A DNA stretch of 64,000 nt from an uncultured delta proteobacterium (GCA_963804165.1 CAWDPO010000043.1:288001-352000); one strand, 5' to 3'. Shown: positions 49,617 through 60,242, counted from the first letter of the stretch. Made by a program: numbers and translations. Notes: generated by a model not told the origin, from the letters alone.

Positions 49617-50462
49617 ATGCCGAACGTACATTCGCCCACGGGAGTCGATCTTTATTACGAAACTTATGGTTCCGGACAACCGCTGGTGCTGATCCCGTCG
49701 ACGGCTTTCTCCGCTGAAGTTTGGAAGCCCTATCAGGTGCCTGGATTGTCTAAAGCGTTGAATCTCATCCTTCATGACCCGCGCGGCACGGGACGATCGA
49801 CCGCAAGCCAACAGGTTTACACGATCAATCAAATGGCCAATGACGTGGTGGCGCTGCTCGATCATCTGCAGATCGCTTCGGCGCACGTGCTCGGCCACTC
49901 AATGGGTGGGCGCATCGCTCTGGAGATGGCGCTGAATTTTCCCGGGCGGGTAAAGAGCTTATCATGGCGGCAAGCGGCTCCGGCCGGCACCGAGGCCCGG
50001 ACCGGATTGCATTCCCGGCTTGCCCCACTGGTTGGTGCTCGGGCTGGTGGAAAAAGGATTCGAGAAATTTCTGCGCGACGAGTACTGCGAATCAGATACG
50101 TTCTTTACTCAAGATTTTCGCGCGCGGCATCCGGAGCGAATCGAAGAATTTTTCCAGGTAGCGATGGCGACGCACGCGCGCCTGCCCGAATACATTCACC
50201 TGAGCATCGCCCGCCACAATTGGGAGGCGACCCATCGCCTGGGCGACGTGCGCTGCCCGACGCTGGTGTTGATCGGCAACCAACGATCGCGCCCGCAGCA
50301 ATCACTTGCTCCAGGCCGAAACGCTCAAGAACGCATTCCCGGCGCGGAGATGAAAGTTCTAAAAGGCCAATCGCACGGTTTCTTCTGGCAAGCTCCCGAG
50401 GAAACGAACACATAATTCTTGATTGGGTAAAACGGCACGCCGTCGACAAAATGACTCGTTGA
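49617..50462 (+). CDS. Alpha/beta hydrolase, frameshifted
   Basis: YYETYGSGQPLVLI, DPRGTGRS, GHSMGG; C-terminal half continues in another frame (50020-50415). Confidence 0.8.
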   Translation: MPNVHSPTGVDLYYETYGSGQPLVLIPSTAFSAEVWKPYQVPGLSKALNLILHDPRGTGRSTASQQVYTINQMANDVVALLDHLQIASAHVLGHSMGGRIALEMALNFPGRVKSLSWRQAAPAGTEARTGLHSRLAPLVGARAGGKRIREISARRVLRIRYVLYSRFSRAASGANRRIFPGSDGDARAPARIHSPEHRPPQLGGDPSPGRRALPDAGVDRQPTIAPAAITCSRPKRSRTHSRRGDESSKRPIARFLLASSRGNEHIILDWVKRHAVDKMTR

Positions 50463-50609
50463 TGCGCTCGCTGAAACAACGCGAATTTCACGTCGCGCAA
50501 CGTCGGACGAGAGATCATGCAGGTATCGTAGTAGCGGGAGATAACACAGGCGATCTTGGACCGATCCGAGGAGTAACGGAATCTTCGAAAAAGAATACTA
50601 GACAAAGAA

Positions 50610-51492
50610 AATAAACGACAGAAACTTCGTAACCGGCATCGCCCTTCTGTTCGGGAGGAAAAAGATTCCACGACTCGATCCACTGGCGGGTGCGCTCGAA
50701 GGCCGCTTGCGGATAAGGCTCGAAGACAATGCGCTCGCCGGGGCCAAAGCGCCGAATGTCGACCAACGCGTGATATCGCTCGGGCAGCTCTCTCAGGAAA
50801 TAATGTTTGTAAGGTCCGGCTCCAGGTCGATGTCGTGCTGCGCCCGGCGCAACGCCTCGAAGTAGCGCTCGACTTGTTTGAAGTCGGCGTACTGCGTAAC
50901 CAGATGGCCGATCATGAAAGTCGTGTCGACGATCTTTTTGAAACCCAATTGTTCAGCGACATAAAACGGCGCGCCGAAAAGACTTACTGCCGGAACTTGG
51001 CAGTCGACGAGCAACGCTAAGCGGTCGAGCAGCAAACCGCCGAAGTGTAGCTTGATTTCGTCGCGCTTCAAAAAATCGCTCGAGACCCCTGCAACGTCGA
51101 AAAATGACTGCCGGAATGATAGCCGACCGTCACCGAAACGTTGGCGAGATCCTCCGGCTTTTGGATTCGCGACTCCGGCGCCACAAAAATTCCCGACGGC
51201 GAGACGGAGTAAGCGTGGCCCCACATCTTGCCGTGGCCCGCGGAAGCGGCCATGTTGACCGTCCAGTGACAAGCCGCGCTCAGGTTACAGCCGCGCCCGT
51301 CTTCGATCGATTCGAATGCACCGCGCTGGATGTCGCCCGGCGTCGACATCGACGGTCTCGACATCGGCGGACCACGTCACGATCGGCTTGACGAAGAAAT
51401 TCGTAGTCCAGTCCCGCGTCATTGAAATAGCCTTTTTCTTCGGCCACCCACTCTTGTAAGCGCCCATGCGACTGAATGCGGAATTTGCCCAT
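50610..51492 (-). CDS. NMT1/THI5-like binding-protein-fold protein without signal peptide, multiply frameshifted
   Basis: WVAEEKGYF, SAACHW, KPEDLANV.VTVGYHSGSH pieces in successive frames; 3' end approximate. Confidence 0.7.
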
Positions 51493-51655
51493 GGTCCTCC
51501 CTCCTCACAATTTACCCTGAACCGAGATCGCGAAAACTGCGTCCCTTTTACTACTTGCGCGTCAGACAATCAAGGCGAAATTCGAGCCATCGCAATTTGC
51601 GACAGTGGACACAGGCTTTTCACTAGGCTAAAAGTTTCCTGGGAGAACGAGATAC

Positions 51656-52551
51656 ATGTCCTACTGTTATCCGCCTGATCCCAACACGCGAAAGCCCAAA
51701 ATCACGCCGCCGACAAAGGCCTGCGACACCCATTTCCATGTCTTCGGCCCGCCCGAACAATTTCCGTTATGTCTCGACCCATGAGTATACGCCGCCGGCG
51801 GCGCCGCTGGAACATTATCTAAAAATGATCGAAGTCGATCGGCATCGAGCGCGCCGTCGTCGTGCAACCAAGCGTGCATGGCCTCGACAATGCGGCGACG
51901 CTCGACGCGATCAAGAATTCGCAGGGTAAGTTTCGCGGAGTCGGTCGCATCGACGACAAGACACCGAAGGGCGAATTCGCAACGACTCCAAGAAGGCGGC
52001 ATCCGCGGCGTGCGTTTCAACCTGCTCGATCGCCCGCGCGGCAACGTGAGACTCGACGTGCTCGACCACTGCGTCGAGAACATCGTCGAACTCGGCTGGT
52101 CGGTGGACCTGCACATCGACATGAAAAATCTGCTCGCCCAGGAAAAACGCATTCGCGACATGCCGGTGCCCGTGGTCATCGATCACATCGCCCGCGTCAA
52201 ACCGGCCGAGGGGATGAGCCAGGCCGGATTTCAATTGCTGCTCGACTTGACTCAAGCTCAAGCACGTCTGGGTCAAAGTGAGCGGCGCGGACAAGATTTG
52301 CGATCCGCCGGTGCATGACTATTACGGGCTGCCGTTCGTCGATGTCATTCCCTATGCTCAAGCCGTCATCGCCGCCGCGCCGGACCGAGTCATCTGGGGC
52401 ACCGACTGGCCGCACTCGAATAATTTCGCGCCGGGCCATACGCCCAACGACGGCGACTTGGTCGATTTACTGGCGTTATTCGCGCCCGACGAGCGCGACG
52501 AGAACAAAAATTCTGGTCGACAATCCCGTCGCCTTGTACGGATTCGAATAG
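51656..52551 (+). CDS. Amidohydrolase, 2-pyrone-4,6-dicarboxylate lactonase (LigI)-like, frameshifted
   Basis: ACDTHFHVFGP, VQPSVHG.DN, IRGVRFN, VIDHIAR, WGTDWPH, ILVDNP. Confidence 0.8.
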
Positions 52552-52591
52552 ATGATAGAAGCTTAAAATCTGACTAACCGGAGAGCGCAAC

Positions 52592-53011
52592 ATGATCAAA
52601 TTCACCGACGACATGAAGACCGCATCGACAAGGCCTTCGAAGAAAAGAAATATTGCGTTTGGGTAACCACGTCCGACGAAGGTTATCCGGACGTGAGCTT
52701 TCGCGGCAGCACGTTCGTTTACGACGACGAGCATCATCGCCTTCTGGGACCGTTCCCTCGGCCAAAGCACGACCAACCTGGAAAAAAATCCCAACGTCTG
52801 CATGCTCTACTACGACGGCCCGGGCCGCGTCGGCTGGCGTTTCTACGGCAAGGCGACGGTCTACAAAGACGGCGAAATGCGCCAAAATATTCTGAAGCGC
52901 ACGGTCAAAGCCGAGCTCGATAAAGATCCCGAGCGCAAAGGTTACGGCGTGCTCGTGCGCATCGACAAGATCCGCGGCTACAGCGGCTTTACCGTCCTGC
53001 AGGAGCGTTAG
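52592..53011 (+). CDS. Pyridoxamine 5'-phosphate oxidase-like FMN-binding protein, frameshifted
   Basis: GYPDVSFRGS, NLEKNPNVCM, WRFYGKA. Confidence 0.7.
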
Positions 53012-53015
53012 ACGT

Positions 53016-53981
53016 TTGAAAACCATCATACACATCGTCATTATGATCGCCGCGGCGATCTTGCTCGGCGCGCCGGCGCAAGCGCTGGACCGGATTCGCA
53101 TCGCCGTGTCCAATCCGAATATGCCGAACTTGACCGCCGCGATGGCGCAAAAGAAAGGGTTTTTCAAAGACGAAAATCTCGACGCCGAGATCATTCGCAT
53201 GAATCCCAACGTCGCGATTACCGCCCTTGCGACCGGCGACGTCGACTACTGCCAGCTCTTCGGCGCCGTAGTCGGCGGCGCTATCGCCGGCCTGCCGGTG
53301 AGAATTGTCGCCGGCTATCTGGATAACTGGCCGATGACGTTGATCGCCCAGCCAGAGCTCAAGTCGCTCAAAGACCTCAAAGGCAAAACTCTGGGCATCA
53401 GCAGCTTCGGCGCGACGCCGGACGTCGCCGCGCGCATGATGATCAAGCAAGCCGGCATCGATCCGGAAAAAGAGATCAAGATGCTCGCCCTGGGCTCCGA
53501 CGCCGCGCGCCTTACGGCGCTCAAGCAGCGCGTCGTCGACGTGGTCGTCATTTCTCCGCCGGCCGATGCGCAGATGGAAAAGCAGGGCTATCGCATCCTC
53601 GCGCGCGCCTACGAATTGTTCAGTTTTCCCTATCTCGGTCTCGGCACGCACACGCGAAAAATCAAAGAAAAGCCCGACGAGATTCGCCGAGTGATCAAAG
53701 CGACCATCCGCGCCAACCGCTTCATCCGCGACAATCGCGACGAAGCCGTGCGCACGCTGATCGTCTGGGGCAAGGTCGAGCGGGAATTCGCCTACGCGTC
53801 CTATGACGCGCTGAGAAATTTATTCAACGCCGACGGCGCCGTGCCCGAAGACGGCTTGAAGCTCGTCATCGATCAAGCCCGGCGCAGCACCAAAGTCACG
53901 CGTGAAGTCATGCCGAACGAAGTCGTTGATCTGAGGTTTCTCCGGCGAGCGCAGGCGGAGTTAGGCATCAAGGTGCGCTAA
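53016..53981 (+). CDS. ABC substrate-binding protein, NMT1/SsuA family
   Basis: Signal peptide; KKGFFKDENLD; DLKGKTLGISSFG. Confidence 0.9.
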   Translation: MKTIIHIVIMIAAAILLGAPAQALDRIRIAVSNPNMPNLTAAMAQKKGFFKDENLDAEIIRMNPNVAITALATGDVDYCQLFGAVVGGAIAGLPVRIVAGYLDNWPMTLIAQPELKSLKDLKGKTLGISSFGATPDVAARMMIKQAGIDPEKEIKMLALGSDAARLTALKQRVVDVVVISPPADAQMEKQGYRILARAYELFSFPYLGLGTHTRKIKEKPDEIRRVIKATIRANRFIRDNRDEAVRTLIVWGKVEREFAYASYDALRNLFNADGAVPEDGLKLVIDQARRSTKVTREVMPNEVVDLRFLRRAQAELGIKVR

Positions 53982-54013
53982 TTCGATGATGATCCCGCGA
54001 AAGGAGTAGTCAA

Positions 54014-54942
54014 ATGATTATCGACTGGCATGCCCACGTCTACCCGCCCGAACTGGCCAAGGAACGCCGCTGGGGCGGCACGACGCCACTGACGATTGAA
54101 AATCTACTGGAAGCACACGAGAAGGCCGGCATCGACCTTTGTGTCGTCAGCAACACGATTCATTATCTCAAAGACAAGACCCATGACGAGTCGCTGGCCT
54201 TTTTACGGCGCTGGAACGAGTACGCCGCGGAGATTCAGCAGAAATATAAAGACCGCATCGTCGTCTTCACCAGCACGCTGCCCTGCGGCGGTGAACCGTT
54301 CGTCAAAGAACTGGAGCGCGCCATCGTCGAATACGGCCTGCACGGCGTGCTGATCAACTCGAGCCATCAGCACGCCTATCCGGACGACGATGAGGCCAAG
54401 CCTTTTTTTGAATTGGTCACCAGTCTGCGCATTCCCGTCATGATGCACGCGCCGTCGGTCGGTTTCGGCGAGGAGCGCATGCGCGACTATCGCCTCGCTT
54501 CCAGCGTCGGCCGGCCCGTTCGACGAATGCTTGAGCATCGCCCGGCTGATCGTGCGCGGCGTCTTCGAGCGGCATCAAAATATTAAATTCGTCGGCTGCC
54601 ATCTCGGCGGCGGCATTTGCGACGTCATCGGCCGCATGGATTACGCCTACGAGCTTGGCGACCTCGCTTCCGGCTTGGGCTCCTACGAACCCATGCTGAT
54701 CACCAAGCGGCCGAGCGAGTATCTGAAAAATCTCTTTATGGACACCGTCGCCTATCATCCGCCGGCGGTCATGTGCGCCTATCAGACCGTCGGCGCCAAG
54801 CAACTGCTCTTTGGCAGCGATGCGCCGCCGCTCCTGCCGCTGCTGCCGCGCGCCAAGAAAATCATTGAAGAGTTGCCGATCACCGAAGCCGAACGCAGGA
54901 CATCTTCGGCCAAAATGCCCTGAAATTGCTTCAGCGCCAGTG
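54014..54942 (+). CDS. Amidohydrolase_2, ACMSD/aromatic decarboxylase-like, frameshifted
   Basis: IIDWHAH, PVMMH, CHLGGG, LFGSDAP; 3' end approximate. Confidence 0.8.
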
Positions 54943-55014
54943 ACGCCGCGCCCTGCCGCATTTGCGAATAGCGGGTAAAGTGTATTAAATTCAGTGTTCA
55001 GAAAGGACTTGAGT

Positions 55015-55288
55015 ATGCCGCTGTTCATACGACGACCTGATCGAACCTGCGATTGTCAAACAAGTGTCCAAAAGCGTCGCTTACTGCCGCTGCACGCGCA
55101 GTAAAAATTTGCCGTTTTGCGACGGCTCGCACGCGGTGACGAACATCCAGCCGTTCGTCCTAGAGCTCGAACAACCGGAAACCATCGCCATCTGCCGCTG
55201 CTGGAGATCAAAAGATCACCCCTACTGCGACGGCACCCACGGCCGCCTGGTAAAACCCAAGGAAAGACCCCCGAGCAACCATGACTGA
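55015..55288 (+). CDS. Protein with two CDGSH [2Fe-2S] domains
   Basis: CRC..SKNLPFCDGSH and CRC..SKDHPYCDGTH; probable frameshift just after the ATG at 55015. Confidence 0.88.
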
Positions 55289-55296
55289 ATCCGGCG

Positions 55297-55372
55297 TGAA
55301 CTTTGAACCTTGAATCTTGAACGATTTGCTGTTTAGACGACTTGAACGATTGAACGGCTTGAACGTTTTGAA
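55297..55372. repeat. TTGAAC 7-mer plus 9-mer tandem repeats
   Basis: tgaact ttgaacc ttgaatc ttgaac ... ttgaacga ttgaacggc ttgaacgtt ttgaac. Confidence 0.8.
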
Positions 55373-55398
55373 CCAGATTAATTTAGAGGAGGTACCCA

Positions 55399-55785
55399 AT
55401 GGTCGAGATGAAAAATCCTATTAAGGAAGCCGACGCGAACCCGGGCGTCAATCACCTGAGCATGTGGAGAACTGATCTTGCATATTATTGGGTGATCAAT
55501 TGCAAAGGGCGGCTTCAGGACGACATGCACTACCATGATAACGATGATCACATCTTCATGTTGCTCGAAGGCGAGTGCACCATTCGCACTCCGCACAAAG
55601 AGTTCGTCCTGAAACAGTTCGATACAGTGCTGCTCCAGTCCGGCGAGCCTTACCAGCTATGCAATACCGGCAACGGGAGAATGTTGCTTCTCGGCGCCGG
55701 CAATTCCGGCGTTGACGGCAAACCGAGAACCCGTGTGCCGAAGATTCCGAGTCACATACCGGTCACAGATCCGATTGTTGCGTGA
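55399..55785 (+). CDS. Cupin domain protein
   Basis: MHYHDNDDHIFMLLEGE; GAGGAGG RBS. Confidence 0.85.
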   Translation: MVEMKNPIKEADANPGVNHLSMWRTDLAYYWVINCKGRLQDDMHYHDNDDHIFMLLEGECTIRTPHKEFVLKQFDTVLLQSGEPYQLCNTGNGRMLLLGAGNSGVDGKPRTRVPKIPSHIPVTDPIVA

Positions 55786-57029
55786 CGGCGCTAAGATCTG
55801 CGCGCTGACGCGCTAATTCAGCTCGGTATCTACGGCTGACGATCATCAATATGATCGCGGCGATCGCGCAGACCGCGCCGCAAAGGGCGAAGGTCCAATC
55901 CATGCCGATCACGGCGCCCGAGGCGCCGATGATCATGCTGCCCAAGGACCACAGGCCGCGGTCCATGAAAAATAGGCTGAGCACGCGTCCCAGCAGATTG
56001 TCCGGCGTCGCGGTTTGAATCGCGGTGTTGGAGAGAGCGCGCCCGGCGATTTGGCAAAAGCCGATCATCGCCAGAAAGAGGAACGACAAAACAAAGTTGT
56101 GAGAAAAAGCAAACAAGGCGATCGACACGGCAAATCCCAAGGCGCAGAAGCAGATCGAACGGATACCGACGCGAAGCTTGTTCACCGAGGCGAGCACCAG
56201 CGCCGCCACTGTGGCGCCGACACCCGGCGCGGACATCAGTAAACCGAAACCGGACGCGCCGACGTGCAGCACATTGGTGGCGAAGATCGGCACGAATCGG
56301 TTGTACGGCGCGCAGAACGTCGCGATAACGTAAGAAAGCCCGACGATGTAGAGTAGCCGGCGATTGCCGAGCAAATAGAAAAACCCTTCCTTCACGTCGC
56401 CCCAGATACTTTCTCGTCCGCGCGCTTTTCCCAGGGCGGCAACTCCATCTGGTGAAGATTGAAAAGCAGAAACACGAAGCTGATCGCGTTGACCAGAAAA
56501 CAACCGGCGATGCCGACATACGCGATAATCAAGCCTCCCGCCGCCGGTCCGAAAATCTTCGAGAAGTTGAACACCGAAGATTGCAGGCCGATGGCGTTCA
56601 GCAGCTCGTCCTTCGGCACCAGGCTGTTGACCAGCGATTGGCGCGCCGTTTGATTGATCGTATTCACGACCCCAGAAAAAAAGCCAAGACCGCAATGTGC
56701 CAGAGCTCGATGACGTCAAACTGCACCGCGAACCAGTAGATGATCGCCTGGACCATCGCCGCCGTCTGGGTGATCATCAGCACGCGTCTTCGGTCGAATC
56801 GGTCGGCGATGGCGCCGCCGAGCGCGCCGACCAGAAGCCGCGGCAAGGTATCAAAAAACGCCACGACGCCGATGGCGACGGGCGAGCGCGAGACGTGCCA
56901 CACCAGCCAACTCTGCGCCACGTTCTGCATGAAGTCGCCCGAACTGGAGATCAGCGCGCCTTCCATCAAGAGACGAAAGTTTCGATGTCTGAGGGAACGC
57001 AGGGTGCGAAGATTCCGTAGGCTTTGCAT
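55763..57029 (-). CDS. MFS transporter (MFS_3/EntS-like), frameshifted
   Basis: LRHRNFRL, GGAIADRFDRRR, ARQSLVNSLVP, GRVLS. Confidence 0.85.
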
Positions 57030-57124
57030 GTTCGAGTTGACGACGCGGTTGTTACTTTTTATCTTACGCGACCCGCGTTGCGTTTGAAACCGGCCAGCGC
57101 AAGCACGGCAGCACAGAAGCAAAC

Positions 57125-58366
57125 ATGATCGAATCCAAATGGTACAGCGAGATCACGCCCTACCAGTGGCGCGTGCTGATTTGCGCGTGCCTCGGCTGGG
57201 CCCTCGACATCATGGACGGCTATCTCTATGCAATCATCTTGTTTCCCGCCATGAGCGATTTGCTCGGCACCAGCGAGAGCGCGCAAATCGGACTCTACGG
57301 CGGCGTCGTACTCAGCATCTTCATGATCGGTTGGGCGCTCGGCGGCCTTATCTTCGGTCCCATCGCCGATCGTTACGGCCGCGCCAGGACCATGGCAATT
57401 ACGATCCTGATCTATGCTTCGTTCACTGGCCTCTGCGGCATCGCCGGGAGCTGGCAGGAATTGGCGGTCTACCGTTTCTTGACAGGCATAGGCATCGGCG
57501 GCGAGTGGGCCGCCGGCGCGGCATTGATCGCCGAAAGCTGGCCGGCGAAATCGCGCGCAAAAGCCGCCGGCATCATGCAAGCTTCCGGCGGGATCGGCTT
57601 TTTTCTCGCCACCGCGCTGTATCTTTTTATCGGCCCTTACGGTTGGCGCTGGGTCTTTGCGCTCGGCGTGCTGCCGGCCATCGTCGCCTTCTACATTCGC
57701 TGGTCTCTCGAAGAGCCCGAGCGTTGGACCAAAGCAAGAGCAAGCCAAAACCCTCTTCCTCTCCTTTTCAAAAAGCCGGTGCGGCGCGACGTCCTGATCG
57801 GCACCGGGCTCGCAGTGGTCGCGACGTTCGGCTACCAGGGCGCCATTCAATGGGTGCCGAGTTGGATCGCCGCCATGCTGCACGCGCAAGGCACAAGAGA
57901 AGTGATTCCCCAGGTGAGCCTCGTCACCACCACGCTGACCACGGGTGGAATCATCGGCTGTCTCTGCCTGCCCTTCATTGCCGACCGTTGGGGGAGAAAA
58001 CACGCGCTGCTGATTTATTTTCTCGGCGCCCTGCTCTCAGTGCCGACAACGTTCTTGCTCGCGCGGGAACTGAGCCACGCGGTTTTCGCCGCGCCGATCA
58101 TGGGTTTCTTCGCCGCGGGAGTGACTACCGGTTTCGCTATTTATTTTCCTGAATTGTTTCCCACGGCGATCCGCGCCACGGCGCAAGGTTTTTGTTTCAA
58201 CTTCGCCCGCTTCTTTTCGGCCGCGGGCCCGCTGCTCGCCGGTGTGCTCACTTCCGCGCATGGCGCCTTCGCACCGGCAATCGCGACCATCGGCTCCATT
58301 TACTTCTTTGGCTTGATCATTCTAATCTTTGCCCGCGAAACCAAAGGCCAGGCGCTGCCGGACTAG
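57125..58366 (+). CDS. MFS transporter (aromatic acid/sialate:H+ symporter-like)
   Basis: GPIADRYGR, GIGIGGEW, PELFPTAIRATA. Confidence 0.92.
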   Translation: MIESKWYSEITPYQWRVLICACLGWALDIMDGYLYAIILFPAMSDLLGTSESAQIGLYGGVVLSIFMIGWALGGLIFGPIADRYGRARTMAITILIYASFTGLCGIAGSWQELAVYRFLTGIGIGGEWAAGAALIAESWPAKSRAKAAGIMQASGGIGFFLATALYLFIGPYGWRWVFALGVLPAIVAFYIRWSLEEPERWTKARASQNPLPLLFKKPVRRDVLIGTGLAVVATFGYQGAIQWVPSWIAAMLHAQGTREVIPQVSLVTTTLTTGGIIGCLCLPFIADRWGRKHALLIYFLGALLSVPTTFLLARELSHAVFAAPIMGFFAAGVTTGFAIYFPELFPTAIRATAQGFCFNFARFFSAAGPLLAGVLTSAHGAFAPAIATIGSIYFFGLIILIFARETKGQALPD

Positions 58367-58379
58367 GGAGATGGAAAAA

Positions 58380-58457
58380 GTTGGAGTGATAGAGTAATGG
58401 AGTGCTGGAGTGTTGGTAAAAGACGGATGCCCAATACTCCAGCACTCCATTACTCCA
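58380..58457. repeat. Inverted pair of 8-mer tandem repeats (TGGAGTnn / ACTCCAnn)
   Basis: tggagtga tagagtaa tggagtgc tggagtgt ... actccagc actccatt actcca. Confidence 0.8.
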
Positions 58458-58480
58458 ATTCTCTCTTCAAGGAGCCACCA

Positions 58481-58999
58481 ATGTTTTCCATGCCCATCGT
58501 TCGTTTGCTCGATGAAGGCCGCAAACTCGCGGAGACCGGCCGGCGGGTAAGTGTGCTATGGCAGCATGCCGACACGTTGGTTTTTCTCGCGCGCGGGCGC
58601 GAGTACCGCAGCGAGTTTCATATCAACCCGAGCGATGAGACCATGCATATGATCAAGGGCGAGATGCGCCTGCACTACCGCACGCCGGAAGGAAAGGAAG
58701 AAGTAGCGCCAATTCAGGAAGGCGCGATCATCTACACGCCCGCCGGCACGCCTCACTCGCCGCGCTTTCCCGAGGACGCGTTTGCGCTGATCTCCGAGAG
58801 AAAAAGACGAGCCGGCGAGATCGACCGATTTCAATGGTTTTGCTTAAAGTGCGACACCCTCTTGCACGAAGAGAGCTTCGTCGTGGAGGACTACGCGCTG
58901 GACCCTGTCTCGAAAGCCTACAAACGCTTTTTCGACAGTAAGGAGTTTCGCACGTGCAAAAACTGCGGTGAGATCATGCCGGCGCCGGACTCGCTTTGA
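58481..58999 (+). CDS. nbaC: 3-hydroxyanthranilate 3,4-dioxygenase-like cupin
   Basis: R..FH.....E, PHSP, ER.R, rubredoxin-like CxxC...CxxC. Confidence 0.75.
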   Translation: MFSMPIVRLLDEGRKLAETGRRVSVLWQHADTLVFLARGREYRSEFHINPSDETMHMIKGEMRLHYRTPEGKEEVAPIQEGAIIYTPAGTPHSPRFPEDAFALISERKRRAGEIDRFQWFCLKCDTLLHEESFVVEDYALDPVSKAYKRFFDSKEFRTCKNCGEIMPAPDSL

Positions 59000-59057
59000 C
59001 GCGCGAACCGTGATCCGTGTTCGTGAATTCGTGCCTGGACGCAGGTCGTAATCATAC

Positions 59058-59142
59058 CTTTGAACGTTTGAACCTTGAACCTTTGAACAGTCAGATCCTT
59101 CGAAACGACTGGAACGTTTGGAACTTCTGGAACGAGTGGAAC
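59058..59142. repeat. TTGAAC/TGGAAC tandem repeats
   Basis: Multiple 7-9-bp units between convergent genes. Confidence 0.75.
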
Positions 59143-59147
59143 TGTCT

Positions 59148-60137
59148 TTAAATATTCAGCTCCTTCGACCGATCATAATCATGCCGCGTGCCGGCCACCG
59201 CCCCTTCCCTGGGAAATATCTTGGCGATGGCAGCCAATTCTTCCGGAGTGAGACGAATATCCGCGGCAGCGGCGTTGCTCTCCAGATGCGCGATCTTATA
59301 GGTGCCGGGGATCGGCACAAAAAAATCGCCTTGATGGAGAATCCAGGCAAGCGCAAGCTGGGCCACGGTGCATCTTCTAGAATCCGCAACCGATTGAAGT
59401 TGATTCAGCAAATTCGCATTTTGTTGAAAATTGCTTTCGTGGAAACGCGGGCCGCGCCGCTTCGCTTCTTTTTCTCCCAATTGGGAAAACTCTTTAAAAG
59501 CGCCGCCTAGAAAGCCGCGGCCCAGCGCATAGTAAGCGACATATCCGATGCCCAGCTCGCGCGCGGCGGGAATCGTGTTGGCTTCGTAGTCGCGCATCCA
59601 GAGTGAATACTCGCTCTGGACCGCAGTGATCGGGTGCACCGTATTGGCGCGACGCAGTGTTTGCGGTCCGGCTTCGCTCAGACCGATGTGGCGGACTTTT
59701 CCCTGCTCCACGAGCCGCGCCATCGCGCCTACGGTATCTTCGATCGGCACCTTCGGATCGACGCGATGCAAGTAATAAAGATCGATGTATTCGCATTCGA
59801 GCCGGCGCAATGAATTCTCACAAGCCCACGATACATACTCCGGCTTGCCTTCAACCTCTCGCCCGTCCGCCCAGGGCTGGCCGCGCAAGTTGCCAAACTT
59901 GCTGGTCAGCACCACGTCGCCACGCTTGCCTTTGAGCGCTTTGGCCAGAATCTCTTCGTTGTTACCGTTGTTATGATCCGCGGTGTCGATGAAGTTGACA
60001 CCGATATCGATGGCGCGGTGCAGCACGGCCATGGCCTGCTTTTCATTTGCGTCGCTCAACTTCCCTTGGAACGGCGGGCAGCCGTAGCCGATAGCGGAAA
60101 CTTTCAAGCGCGCCTTGCCGAGAAAACGGTATTGCAT
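59148..60137 (-). CDS. Aldo/keto reductase
   Basis: IDTAD, SLRRL..YIDLYYLHRVD, GKVRHIGLSE, QSEYSLW, PIPG. Confidence 0.95.
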   Translation of the reverse strand: MQYRFLGKARLKVSAIGYGCPPFQGKLSDANEKQAMAVLHRAIDIGVNFIDTADHNNGNNEEILAKALKGKRGDVVLTSKFGNLRGQPWADGREVEGKPEYVSWACENSLRRLECEYIDLYYLHRVDPKVPIEDTVGAMARLVEQGKVRHIGLSEAGPQTLRRANTVHPITAVQSEYSLWMRDYEANTIPAARELGIGYVAYYALGRGFLGGAFKEFSQLGEKEAKRRGPRFHESNFQQNANLLNQLQSVADSRRCTVAQLALAWILHQGDFFVPIPGTYKIAHLESNAAAADIRLTPEELAAIAKIFPREGAVAGTRHDYDRSKELNI

Positions 60138-60169
60138 GGAAATGGGTTCTTGCTGCCGCCCAGTAACGT

Positions 60170-60199
60170 GTAGGGGCGCAGCTGCTGCGGCGCCCCTAC
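60170..60199. repeat. REP-like palindrome, GTAGGGGC family
   Basis: gtaggggcgc..gcgcccctac. Confidence 0.8.
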
Positions 60200-60242
60200 T
60201 TTTTGCGCCTTTGCGTTCTCTGCGGTTAATTCTTCTTGATTT

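Noticed and set aside
41378-57029. Mass pseudogenisation or programmed frameshifting
   Set aside because: Single-base indels hit many unrelated genes, often at short homopolymers, while motifs stay intact; this fits low-coverage long-read consensus error, though reads are needed to be sure
2683-59142. CRISPR array
   Set aside because: Repeat units are 7-9 bp without unique 30-40-bp spacers, and no cas genes are present
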